In this document: piece by piece, positions 37,822-45,854 of the stretch
How the letters are laid out: each line of letters starts with the position of its first letter
How positions within the stretch are numbered: the stretch's first letter is position 1
Virus record (IMG/VR): IMGVR_UViG_3300027861_000010
From: a virus
Length of the DNA stretch: 64,000 bases
Direction: 5' to 3' (one strand)
Notes under the pieces: generated by a model
The model's input: the letters and a program-made list of their open reading frames with translations, nothing else
What the model was told of the DNA's origin: nothing
Databases searched by the model: none
Made by a program: the position numbers and the translations under genes

Positions 37822-38678
37822 ATTTTGTCAGCGTACAGCAACTTTATGACGACATGGCTGCATGGGAGCGGACGTTACCGCACTTTGATGCGGTGTGCGG
37901 CGTACCTCGTAGCGGAATGATCCCTGCGGCATACATCTCTTTGCGGCGGAACATTCGGCTGGTGGAGCTGACCGATCTGCTTCGAGAACCTAAAGGTGCG
38001 ATCGAACGAGCCCCGCTGCGGGAAACCAATCCGATCGTTAAGTACAACAGCCGAGTGGGCAACCGACTGCTGATCGTCGACGATTCATCCAGTGAGAACA
38101 GCGTGACATTCACGGGGCTGCGGGAGCAACTGGCTGAGCAAACTGCCTTGGACGTCAGCTTCGGTGCCGTTTATCGAGCAGCTCCGGCCAGCAAAGTTGA
38201 CTTCTATCATCGAGAGATTACGCTGCCTCGCATGTTCGGTTGGAACTGGTACAGGCACTGGTGGCTGCAACATGCCCTGCTGGACATGGACGGTGTACTT
38301 TGCGAAGACTGGAAGCATCGCCCAGAGAAGAATCACGACGCCGAGTTTGTGCAGCACTTGAAGGAAGTCAAACCGCTGTACATTCCCGACGTACCGATCA
38401 GGGCGATCGTCACCAGTCGGTTGGAACGCTACCGTAAAGAGACTCAAGACTGGCTACGGAGACACGGGGTGACGTATCAGCGATTGATTATGCATCCTGC
38501 TCGGACACCGGAAGAGCGAAGACAACTCAATGATCACGCCGAACGAAAGGCCGCTGCCTATGCTGCACAGAAGGATGCTGTTCTCTTTGTGGAGAGCGAC
38601 ATCAGACAAGCAACGAAAATCAACCAAATTACAAAGAGACCAGTACTATGTATCGACACAATGGAAATGTTGAATTAA
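37818..38678 (+). CDS. Type I phosphoribosyltransferase fused to HAD phosphatase
   Basis: VCGVPRSG, LLIVDDS (PRPP loop), then LLDMDGVL (HAD motif I), IVTSR, FVESD. Confidence 0.75.
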   Translation: MNFVSVQQLYDDMAAWERTLPHFDAVCGVPRSGMIPAAYISLRRNIRLVELTDLLREPKGAIERAPLRETNPIVKYNSRVGNRLLIVDDSSSENSVTFTGLREQLAEQTALDVSFGAVYRAAPASKVDFYHREITLPRMFGWNWYRHWWLQHALLDMDGVLCEDWKHRPEKNHDAEFVQHLKEVKPLYIPDVPIRAIVTSRLERYRKETQDWLRRHGVTYQRLIMHPARTPEERRQLNDHAERKAAAYAAQKDAVLFVESDIRQATKINQITKRPVLCIDTMEMLN

Positions 38679-38695
38679 CTCACTAGGAAATTGTT

Positions 38696-39259
38696 TTGCC
38701 CTTACACTTGGAAGAAGATTTTCGCTTCGCCACACCCGTGGAGGTAGCGAACTACTCGCCTGCTGATCTTGTCTGGAAACCACATCTGGCTGGTTTCGAG
38801 TTCAGCCAATTGCTTGACCAGTTGAACGGTCAAGTGATCGCAAGCAACCAGGCAGGTCGCCTATTTCGTGGGCTTGTGAAAGCCCCAGGAGGAACTGCAC
38901 TATGGTTGGCAAAGCACTTGAGTTCCAATGATTGTGAAAATGAGCTACTGATAACTACTGAGCCTGAATGTTCTGATCCACTGTTACTTTCTGAACTCCG
39001 TACTTTGGAGAATGTTGTTGACGCGACAGAAGACGCCGGTGACTTGCAACGCTTCGAGCATTACGACTCAATTGATTGCAGTGTCTTAGCGTGTCGTGTT
39101 GGACTCCTCGATCAGTTTCGATTGATTGAGACGCACCCTCGGTTACGCCGGAAACCGATCATCGCTTTTGACCCCGACCGTGCTCTAGTTTCTGAGGCTG
39201 AGGGCCGTGGTCGTTACTTTATGAACTCCGCAATATGGGTCTGCGATAATGGGAATTGA
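38696..39259 (+). CDS. Hypothetical protein
   Basis: TTG start after TAGGA; co-oriented. Confidence 0.5.
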   Translation: MPLHLEEDFRFATPVEVANYSPADLVWKPHLAGFEFSQLLDQLNGQVIASNQAGRLFRGLVKAPGGTALWLAKHLSSNDCENELLITTEPECSDPLLLSELRTLENVVDATEDAGDLQRFEHYDSIDCSVLACRVGLLDQFRLIETHPRLRRKPIIAFDPDRALVSEAEGRGRYFMNSAIWVCDNGN

Positions 39260-39698
39260 ATGTCCAGCAGATCACCCCGAGTGGGTGAAAGACTTGATCC
39301 GAGAGGTGTCCGAAGAAATTCGACCGTTGGGTTTCATCGGACAGATTGGCTTTCGGTACCTACCTCCTGACGTACCACAAAACACGTTGAAACACTGGGT
39401 CATTGGTGTTTATCTCGTGCCGCACGAATTGGCCGGAGGGAGTCACGATGGTGCCGCAGCAGTTTCAGGTTTCTGTCTCAACATTTTCAAAGTGATAGCA
39501 CTTTTTTCTGAGCTCTTGACACTGGAATGGAGAGTCCCGAGAGGCTATACTGATGGGCTCGCTGGCCCAGAAGTTTGGTTAGAGGGACTTTATCGAGGAA
39601 AGCAGCAGGTTCAGCTCCATGTTTATGCTGAACCGCCTTCCGATGAAGCTCCCGCTTTGGTCCTGGATGTGACTACAAATACTCTGCGAGCTAAGTGA
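39249..39698 (+). CDS. Hypothetical protein (resembles Planctomycetota hypotheticals)
   Basis: P.EL.GG..DG...GF...W...GP..W.EG...PP.D.AP pattern, recalled from memory and not searched. Confidence 0.6.
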   Translation: MGIECPADHPEWVKDLIREVSEEIRPLGFIGQIGFRYLPPDVPQNTLKHWVIGVYLVPHELAGGSHDGAAAVSGFCLNIFKVIALFSELLTLEWRVPRGYTDGLAGPEVWLEGLYRGKQQVQLHVYAEPPSDEAPALVLDVTTNTLRAK

Positions 39699-39736
39699 TT
39701 CAGTGTGTCAATCTATCGAGCTAACAGGAGAGTCTT

Positions 39737-42031
39737 ATGCTTACAGCAGAAGCCCGTGTGGAGTTGTTGTCTGAAGGCAGTGAAGAACGTCGTAACGGAA
39801 GCCTGACAGTCACGAAACGGAATAGCGATGTTGTTCCGTTCGACGTCCACCGGATTGAGAAGGCCATGCTTGCTTGCATGGTAGATGATCTCAGTTATGA
39901 GTTGGACAAAGCAGAGCCAATTGCGAAGAGTGTTGCCAAGCAGGTTCACAACCTGTTGTGTTTTGAGAAGCAGCCAGTCAGTGTTGAAGTCATTCAGAAT
40001 CTGGTTGAAGCCCAGTTGATGGCTTACGGTTACTATGATGTAGCCAAGCAGTACATTCTCTTCCGCGACGAGAAGCGAAGACTTCGCGAGTCAGCGGAAA
40101 TCCCTGATGAAGTTGTCGAAGCCTTCAAGGCCAATGACAAATACTTCTCTAACGAGATCCAGAAGTTTCAGGCTCTCGACAAGTTTGCTCGGTTCGATCA
40201 TGAACGGGGTCGTCGCGAAACGTGGCCAGAAACTTGTGCCCGTGTCATCAAGTACTTCAAGTGGCACTGCGACAATAAAGGCTACGAAATTACTCCGACA
40301 TATTGGGACCTGTTGGAGCGAAGCCTGCTCGATCTCAAAGCGTCACCCTCGATGCGTTGTGTGCAGATGGCAGGTCCGGCACTGGAGCGGTGCCAGGTCG
40401 GTGTCTACAACTGCTCATTCCAGTTTCTACAAAGCACCCGTGATCTTACCGAAGAGCTTTATGTTCTGATGCAGGGAACGGGTGTTGGCTTTTCAGTGGA
40501 GTACGAGTACGCGACTGAGAAGTTTCCTCGAGTCAAGCGACAGAAGAAGGACGCCGAAGTTGCCACTCACGTCATTGAGGATACGACAGAGGGTTGGTGT
40601 GAGGCATATCGTCTCGGGCTCGATACTTGGTGGGGCGGCCACGATATCAAGTTTGACTTCAGTCAAATTCGTGAAGCCGGTGCTCCGCTCAAGATTAAAG
40701 GCGGCAAGGCATCTGGCCCGGGTCCGTTGAAGGACCTTCTGGAATTTGCCCGTACTCGCATCTTGTTAAAACAAGGTAAGGCCCTTTCCAGTCTCGATCT
40801 CCACGACATCAACTGTTATGCCCACCGCATTGTCCGGATGGGCGGCGTTCGCAGAGCTAGTGGCATATCGTTGACCGATCTTCACGATCGAGAAATGCGG
40901 GATTGCAAGCAGGGCGAGTTTTGGACTCACGACGAGCAGCGAAATCAGGCCAACAATTCTGCCGTCTATAACGAGAAGCCTGATCCGTTGGTTTGGATGG
41001 AAGAGTGGTTAGCGTTGGCTCGAAGCGGGTCGGGAGAGCGAGGCATCTTCAACCGTGGTGCTCTGAAGGCTCAGTTTCCTAAGCGGCGAAAGACACGCGG
41101 TCAACTGTTTGGCACCAACCCTTGTGGTGAGATCATTCTGCGGCACAAGCAGTTCTGTAATCTCTCCATTGCTGTGATTCGTCCGACTGACACGTTGGAG
41201 ACTATTACTGAGAAAGTTATCCTTGCTACGATCTGGGGTACGCTTCAGTCCACAATGACTGATTTCCAGTACATCGGTGACGAATGGAAGAAGAACAGCG
41301 AGGAAGAGCGTTTGCTTGGTGTCGACTTACTCGGCTTCCTTGACCACCCGTTGTTTCAGGATGACGACAAAGCTGGTCCGATCCTGGATGAACTTCGCGA
41401 GGTTGTGAACCGAACCAACCAAGAGTGGGCTGACGCGTTGGGTGTTTCAGCTTCCACAGCTACGACCTGCATCAAACCTTCTGGCGACAGCAGTGTGTTC
41501 TTCGGGACCGCGGCTGGCTTCAAAGGGCACCACGGCGAGCACTATGTTCGTCGTACCCGAGCAAATAACACTAATCCGGTAGCTCAGATGCTGCGGGATG
41601 AAGGTGTTCCTTGCTTTACTGACTATGATGGCAGCGGGTTGGTACTTGAGTTTCCGATGAAGGCACCTAAAGGCGGCGTCTTACTGAAAGATCAAACAGC
41701 TCTGAGTCAGCTGGAGAAGTGGAAAACCTTCAAGCTTCATTGGACAGAGCACAATCCGAGCGTCACGATTTACGTGCGACCGGAAGAATGGCTGGACGTC
41801 GGCAAATGGGTTTACGACAATTGGAATATCGTTGGCGGACTCAGCTTTCTGCCGTATGATGGTGGTGTGTATCACTTGGCTCCGTACGAGGCGATTACTA
41901 AGGAAGACTTCGATAAACGCGTTTCGTTGTTTCCTGAAGTGAACTGGGCCAAGCTTGTTCGTTACGAAAAGTCGGACATGACTGATCTACACCAGCAGGT
42001 TGCGTGTACCGGGGGTGCCTGTGAGATCTGA
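39737..42031 (+). CDS. nrdJ: Class II (AdoCbl) ribonucleotide reductase with ATP cone
   Basis: VTKRNSDVVPFD ATP cone; RRETW, PSMR, YNCSF, GTNPCGEI, TCIKPSG, EHNPSVT, C-terminal ACTGGACEI. Confidence 0.92.
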   Translation: MLTAEARVELLSEGSEERRNGSLTVTKRNSDVVPFDVHRIEKAMLACMVDDLSYELDKAEPIAKSVAKQVHNLLCFEKQPVSVEVIQNLVEAQLMAYGYYDVAKQYILFRDEKRRLRESAEIPDEVVEAFKANDKYFSNEIQKFQALDKFARFDHERGRRETWPETCARVIKYFKWHCDNKGYEITPTYWDLLERSLLDLKASPSMRCVQMAGPALERCQVGVYNCSFQFLQSTRDLTEELYVLMQGTGVGFSVEYEYATEKFPRVKRQKKDAEVATHVIEDTTEGWCEAYRLGLDTWWGGHDIKFDFSQIREAGAPLKIKGGKASGPGPLKDLLEFARTRILLKQGKALSSLDLHDINCYAHRIVRMGGVRRASGISLTDLHDREMRDCKQGEFWTHDEQRNQANNSAVYNEKPDPLVWMEEWLALARSGSGERGIFNRGALKAQFPKRRKTRGQLFGTNPCGEIILRHKQFCNLSIAVIRPTDTLETITEKVILATIWGTLQSTMTDFQYIGDEWKKNSEEERLLGVDLLGFLDHPLFQDDDKAGPILDELREVVNRTNQEWADALGVSASTATTCIKPSGDSSVFFGTAAGFKGHHGEHYVRRTRANNTNPVAQMLRDEGVPCFTDYDGSGLVLEFPMKAPKGGVLLKDQTALSQLEKWKTFKLHWTEHNPSVTIYVRPEEWLDVGKWVYDNWNIVGGLSFLPYDGGVYHLAPYEAITKEDFDKRVSLFPEVNWAKLVRYEKSDMTDLHQQVACTGGACEI

Positions 42032-42057
42032 CATTGCAAGGGAATGCAGGTCGATAG

Positions 42058-42086
42058 AGGTCACGCTCCGGCGTGGCCTTTTTTTT
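42058..42086 (+). terminator. Rho-independent terminator
   Basis: AGGTCACGC-tccg-GCGTGGCCT plus T-run. Confidence 0.85.
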
Positions 42087-42161
42087 GTTAATCTAGCGGC
42101 TTTGTCAGTCAATACGTTAAGCTGATACCGTCCCTGAAGCCGTTGGCCGGAGGAAAATAGA

Positions 42162-43271
42162 GTGACCACGGACGAGATCCACCTGAATCCGGAACAAGCC
42201 CTGGATGTTGGCCTTTGGGCTGATTTCCCAGGCACGATTGACCATTTGGTCGAGAAGTGTGCAGCACCTGCCCGGGATCTGCGTCAGGCCGTGTCGTCGA
42301 TTTATACCAAATCTGACATAGGTGTTTACTGGAATCCGACGTACGAGAAGGCCGGTTTGTACGTTCGACCTGAGTTGAACGAGGAGGAATTCGATTGGTG
42401 CCTAAACGCAATAATCGAAAAGGTCGGAGCCGACCATGTCAAGACTGAGCCGCTGACAAGCGACGACTTGCAGGATTGGTGGGTCAAAGTTGCTTACTCA
42501 CCAACGCTTCGACGGATAGCTGAAGCTCTTCAGTTCTTACCTTCCAAAGACATTCCAGGTTTCGGTGGCCGACCCATTGCGTCCTCCATTGCTTCTGGAC
42601 TGTTGGGAGCCGGATTGGGTTACGGCGGCGGCTACCTGATGGACAAGATGACGCCGAAAGGACTTGGCGACGGTCGAATGCGATACTGGGGTGCAGCTTT
42701 AGGCGGGCTGGGCGGAGCAGGATTGGGAGCGACACCGGGGCTCGTCAACTGGCACGACGGACGTAAGTTCAACGACAACACACTTTGGTCTGGATTTCCC
42801 GAAGACGGTTGGGAACCCGATCTACCGCAGTCCGAACAGTACAAGAAAGCAGTTGACGCCTTTGTTACGAAGAATGCATTCCAGGTTCATCCGACAGGGC
42901 ATGCGTCTACAATAGGTGGACCTTCGTTTGCAGAAGCTCCGCTGATCCGAACAAATGAACTCGGTAATGTCCTTTGGGGCACCCGAGCAAACCCACAGAC
43001 AACTGCCATGACTATGGGAGCTGTTTATGGTGCGAACCAGATGCCTGATCCCCGATCACGCCCTGGAGTTGTGACTCCCCACCAGACTGGTTTACTCGGT
43101 ATGGCTATGGGAGCAGCCGGTGGCGGCATCAAAGGGTACGCCACAGGCTACGTTGTTGGGAAAGGTCTCGGTATACTGACAGGCATGCCTGAAGGTACAC
43201 AACAAAAACTGAGGCAAACTGGTGCCACATTGGGTATCATCAATTCGCTGGTACCCCGCTTGTTCAATTAA
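42162..43271 (+). CDS. Gly-rich putative virion protein with KxA sites
   Basis: KCA, KVA, KNA at module borders; glycine-zipper TM-like segments. Confidence 0.65.
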   Translation: MTTDEIHLNPEQALDVGLWADFPGTIDHLVEKCAAPARDLRQAVSSIYTKSDIGVYWNPTYEKAGLYVRPELNEEEFDWCLNAIIEKVGADHVKTEPLTSDDLQDWWVKVAYSPTLRRIAEALQFLPSKDIPGFGGRPIASSIASGLLGAGLGYGGGYLMDKMTPKGLGDGRMRYWGAALGGLGGAGLGATPGLVNWHDGRKFNDNTLWSGFPEDGWEPDLPQSEQYKKAVDAFVTKNAFQVHPTGHASTIGGPSFAEAPLIRTNELGNVLWGTRANPQTTAMTMGAVYGANQMPDPRSRPGVVTPHQTGLLGMAMGAAGGGIKGYATGYVVGKGLGILTGMPEGTQQKLRQTGATLGIINSLVPRLFN

Positions 43272-43284
43272 GAGGAACACTTAG

Positions 43285-43734
43285 ATGACAATTTACGACG
43301 ACTTGAAGGCCGGGATCGACAAGATCATCGCCGACTACAAAGCTGCCAATGCCGATGGTAAGCTTTCGTTCTCTGAAATCTTTACGCTGGTCGGCAATGC
43401 GATTGCAACTTTCGTCCAGCTGATTGAAAATTTCGGAAGCGGCACTGGAGCCGAAAAGAAAGCTGCTGTGTTGGCGGCGATTGACCAGTTGTTCGACGAA
43501 GTGATCATTCCGATCGACATCAAAGGGATTCCGAACATGCTGGAGGGTATCGTTGATAAGGCCCTCAAGCAGTTGGTCCTGACGTTGGCCGATGGTTGGG
43601 TCGATTCGATCGTTAACATTTTCAACAAGACCGGTTGGGGATCGCCAGGTGGCCAACCTGCCGGAGACCCAGAAAACCCACAAGGTGCCAGCCCTGGCAT
43701 TCCAGGCTCGCCCCCAGGATTTGAAGCCTACTAA
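43285..43734 (+). CDS. Hypothetical amphipathic protein (possibly holin-like or structural)
   Basis: NADGKLSFSEI, GAEKKAAVL; Pro/Gly tail. Confidence 0.55.
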   Translation: MTIYDDLKAGIDKIIADYKAANADGKLSFSEIFTLVGNAIATFVQLIENFGSGTGAEKKAAVLAAIDQLFDEVIIPIDIKGIPNMLEGIVDKALKQLVLTLADGWVDSIVNIFNKTGWGSPGGQPAGDPENPQGASPGIPGSPPGFEAY

Positions 43735-43769
43735 GGTTAGGTTCAAAATCCGGATTTTAGGAGACTCTC

Positions 43770-44168
43770 ATGGCGATGCTACTTGGTAATCAACACGGTG
43801 TGGTGTTCTTTGGACCATCAAAGAATCCAAAAGCGGTTCGTTGGTGGGCTGAACGAGGCCAGTTACACTGGGAAGACTCTCGGGATAATGGTTACGGCAC
43901 AGTAGGCATCAGAGAGTTTCTGCTTCGGCTTCAGGGGATCAACGACATGATCTCTAACGGCAAACGCAAGGACAATGAAGGGTTCATGCATGCCGATGAA
44001 ATCGAAAGACATCAACGGTTTATCGAGGAAGCCCTGGAACTGGTCAAAAAGGCCAAAGAACAGGGCGACCCCGATGACGTTCGCGTACGTAAACACAAGG
44101 CCCAAGATCGGCCTATGACTATGGTGATGCCCTCCAGTCTGTCGGCTGGCAAGGGTGTGGAATTTTAG
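43770..44168 (+). CDS. Hypothetical protein
   Basis: AGGAG RBS. Confidence 0.65.
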   Translation: MAMLLGNQHGVVFFGPSKNPKAVRWWAERGQLHWEDSRDNGYGTVGIREFLLRLQGINDMISNGKRKDNEGFMHADEIERHQRFIEEALELVKKAKEQGDPDDVRVRKHKAQDRPMTMVMPSSLSAGKGVEF

Positions 44169-44178
44169 GAGAGCAGGG

Positions 44179-44565
44179 ATGCATCCACGAGAAGCGTTCA
44201 AAATTGGTTTTTTGGCCAGATGTGTCGAGCAGGGTCTCTCTCCTGAGGATACTCGTGCTTTGGCTAAGTCCGCTTCGGACTGTTTTGAGAAGGCGGGATT
44301 CTCCGGCTTCAAAGATGTACTCGACACCGCTAAAGGTATCGGGTACCCAGCATTAGCTGCGGCAGCGGCTGCTCCGATCGCTCTCGGCGGCGGGGCGGCA
44401 TACTTTGCCAATAAAGCAACAGACACCGATGCGACGGATATTGAGGAGATCAAGCAGAAAGAGCTGGTCGATACTTACCGTCGCATGGCTGATCAGTTGC
44501 GTCGACAACGCAAAATGCGAGATTACAAAGCAGAACGAAAGCGGACAGGCCAAGTGTTCCTGTAA
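44179..44565 (+). CDS. Small KxA pro-protein with amphipathic/TM segment
   Basis: FKIGFLARCVEQG..AKSA..EKA leader, then GFSGFKDVL..PALAAAAAAPIALGGGAAY. Confidence 0.7.
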   Translation: MHPREAFKIGFLARCVEQGLSPEDTRALAKSASDCFEKAGFSGFKDVLDTAKGIGYPALAAAAAAPIALGGGAAYFANKATDTDATDIEEIKQKELVDTYRRMADQLRRQRKMRDYKAERKRTGQVFL

Positions 44566-44574
44566 GGAAAAGGC

Positions 44575-44955
44575 ATGTCAAATAGCTTGGTGAAGTTCAC
44601 CAGCCGGAAGGATGGAAATGGTCGTGGCGAATTATTCTGGGGAAGGGCGGACATTGATGGTCTACCGTTTCGTGGCCACAACCCTCCGTCCATGCGGCAG
44701 GATGAGTTTGAAGAACGAGTCGTTCGAGTCGCGGACCCTAAGAACGGGACGTTCTACACGGGTGACGACGAGGAGAATGCAGCTTTTCTGAAAGTCATGG
44801 ATGGTATCACCAACAGCTGGTACCACATGATCTTCATTGAGCGTTGGCGAGAAGAAGGCGACAAACATCATTACGTTTATGTGGAGTGGGTAGAGTTCTT
44901 CCTTGAGGATGGGAAGCCGACACCTTACGCCCCACCAAGTTCAACAGGGATGTGA
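44575..44955 (+). CDS. Hypothetical protein
   Basis: AAGGA RBS. Confidence 0.65.
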   Translation: MSNSLVKFTSRKDGNGRGELFWGRADIDGLPFRGHNPPSMRQDEFEERVVRVADPKNGTFYTGDDEENAAFLKVMDGITNSWYHMIFIERWREEGDKHHYVYVEWVEFFLEDGKPTPYAPPSSTGM

Positions 44956-44957
44956 TC

Positions 44958-45848
44958 ATGGATCAGAAAACAGCTGAAGAGTTGCTCCAACAAGTGCGAG
45001 CAGCCGCGGAAGAGAAACAGGCCGAGACTGGTTACTCCGGCCTGACCGGTATGTTGTCTAGCATTGGCAAAAGCCAGCCGGACTACGATAACCTGGCTAC
45101 GGCTGTTCGATCCCAGGCAAACTCGAAGATGCAGCAAGGAGCCATGAGCAACGTCATCAAGGCGATGCTTTTGGCTGGCGGAGCTGGTGCTGGCCTTCGA
45201 GGGCTGACAGGTCTTCAACGCATGTTTTCTGGCCAATCTAAGCCGGTATCCAGTCGGACAGTGGACATGCCTGTGGCGTATCCGGTTTCTCCTGAAGAAG
45301 AAGAAGAGAAGACTGCGGAGATCGGTAACTCGAAAGCCACTGCAAACTACGGGTTGAACTGGTACATCCCGTCCATGGTGTTGGGAGCACCGCTGGCTGC
45401 TTACGGGGGCTGGAAAGGCGTCGATGCTATTCTGGATACACAGCGTCGAAAGAAGACCGAATCCGACCTTGATGATGCGAAGAAAAAGTACCAACAAGCT
45501 TTGTTGGGCTCCTACAAGATGTCGGCGGATGAGCAGTCACCAGAAGACGTGCTCGACGCTGTGTTCGACGAACATTACAGCAAGTCCGCTGAAGAAGAAG
45601 GATTCATCGGCGGACTCATCAATCGTTACGCTCCCAATCTTCCCGGCATCAGTCAAGGCTTGGCAGCAGCCTACGCCATTCCGGCCACGGTAGGTGGCTA
45701 CGCTGTTGTTAATTCAATCATGAAGAAGAAGAGCAAGCGAGCTTTGCTTCAGAAAGCCATGCGTGAACGGGCTCGACGACAAGCTCAATCGCAACCTGCA
45801 GAGCTGTATGCAATTCCGCATCCTAAGGAAGAAGAGCAAGAGGTTTAA
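44958..45848 (+). CDS. Putative virion protein with three KxA-delimited hydrophobic modules
   Basis: EKQA, EKTA, SKSA each followed by an amphipathic helix-TM-basic unit. Confidence 0.65.
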   Translation: MDQKTAEELLQQVRAAAEEKQAETGYSGLTGMLSSIGKSQPDYDNLATAVRSQANSKMQQGAMSNVIKAMLLAGGAGAGLRGLTGLQRMFSGQSKPVSSRTVDMPVAYPVSPEEEEEKTAEIGNSKATANYGLNWYIPSMVLGAPLAAYGGWKGVDAILDTQRRKKTESDLDDAKKKYQQALLGSYKMSADEQSPEDVLDAVFDEHYSKSAEEEGFIGGLINRYAPNLPGISQGLAAAYAIPATVGGYAVVNSIMKKKSKRALLQKAMRERARRQAQSQPAELYAIPHPKEEEQEV

Positions 45849-45854
45849 CAAAGC

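Noticed and set aside
7474-38678. DNA hypermodification cluster as the primary interpretation
   Set aside because: No nucleotide hydroxymethylase, deaminase or base-modifying kinase recognised in the window; kept only as an alternative
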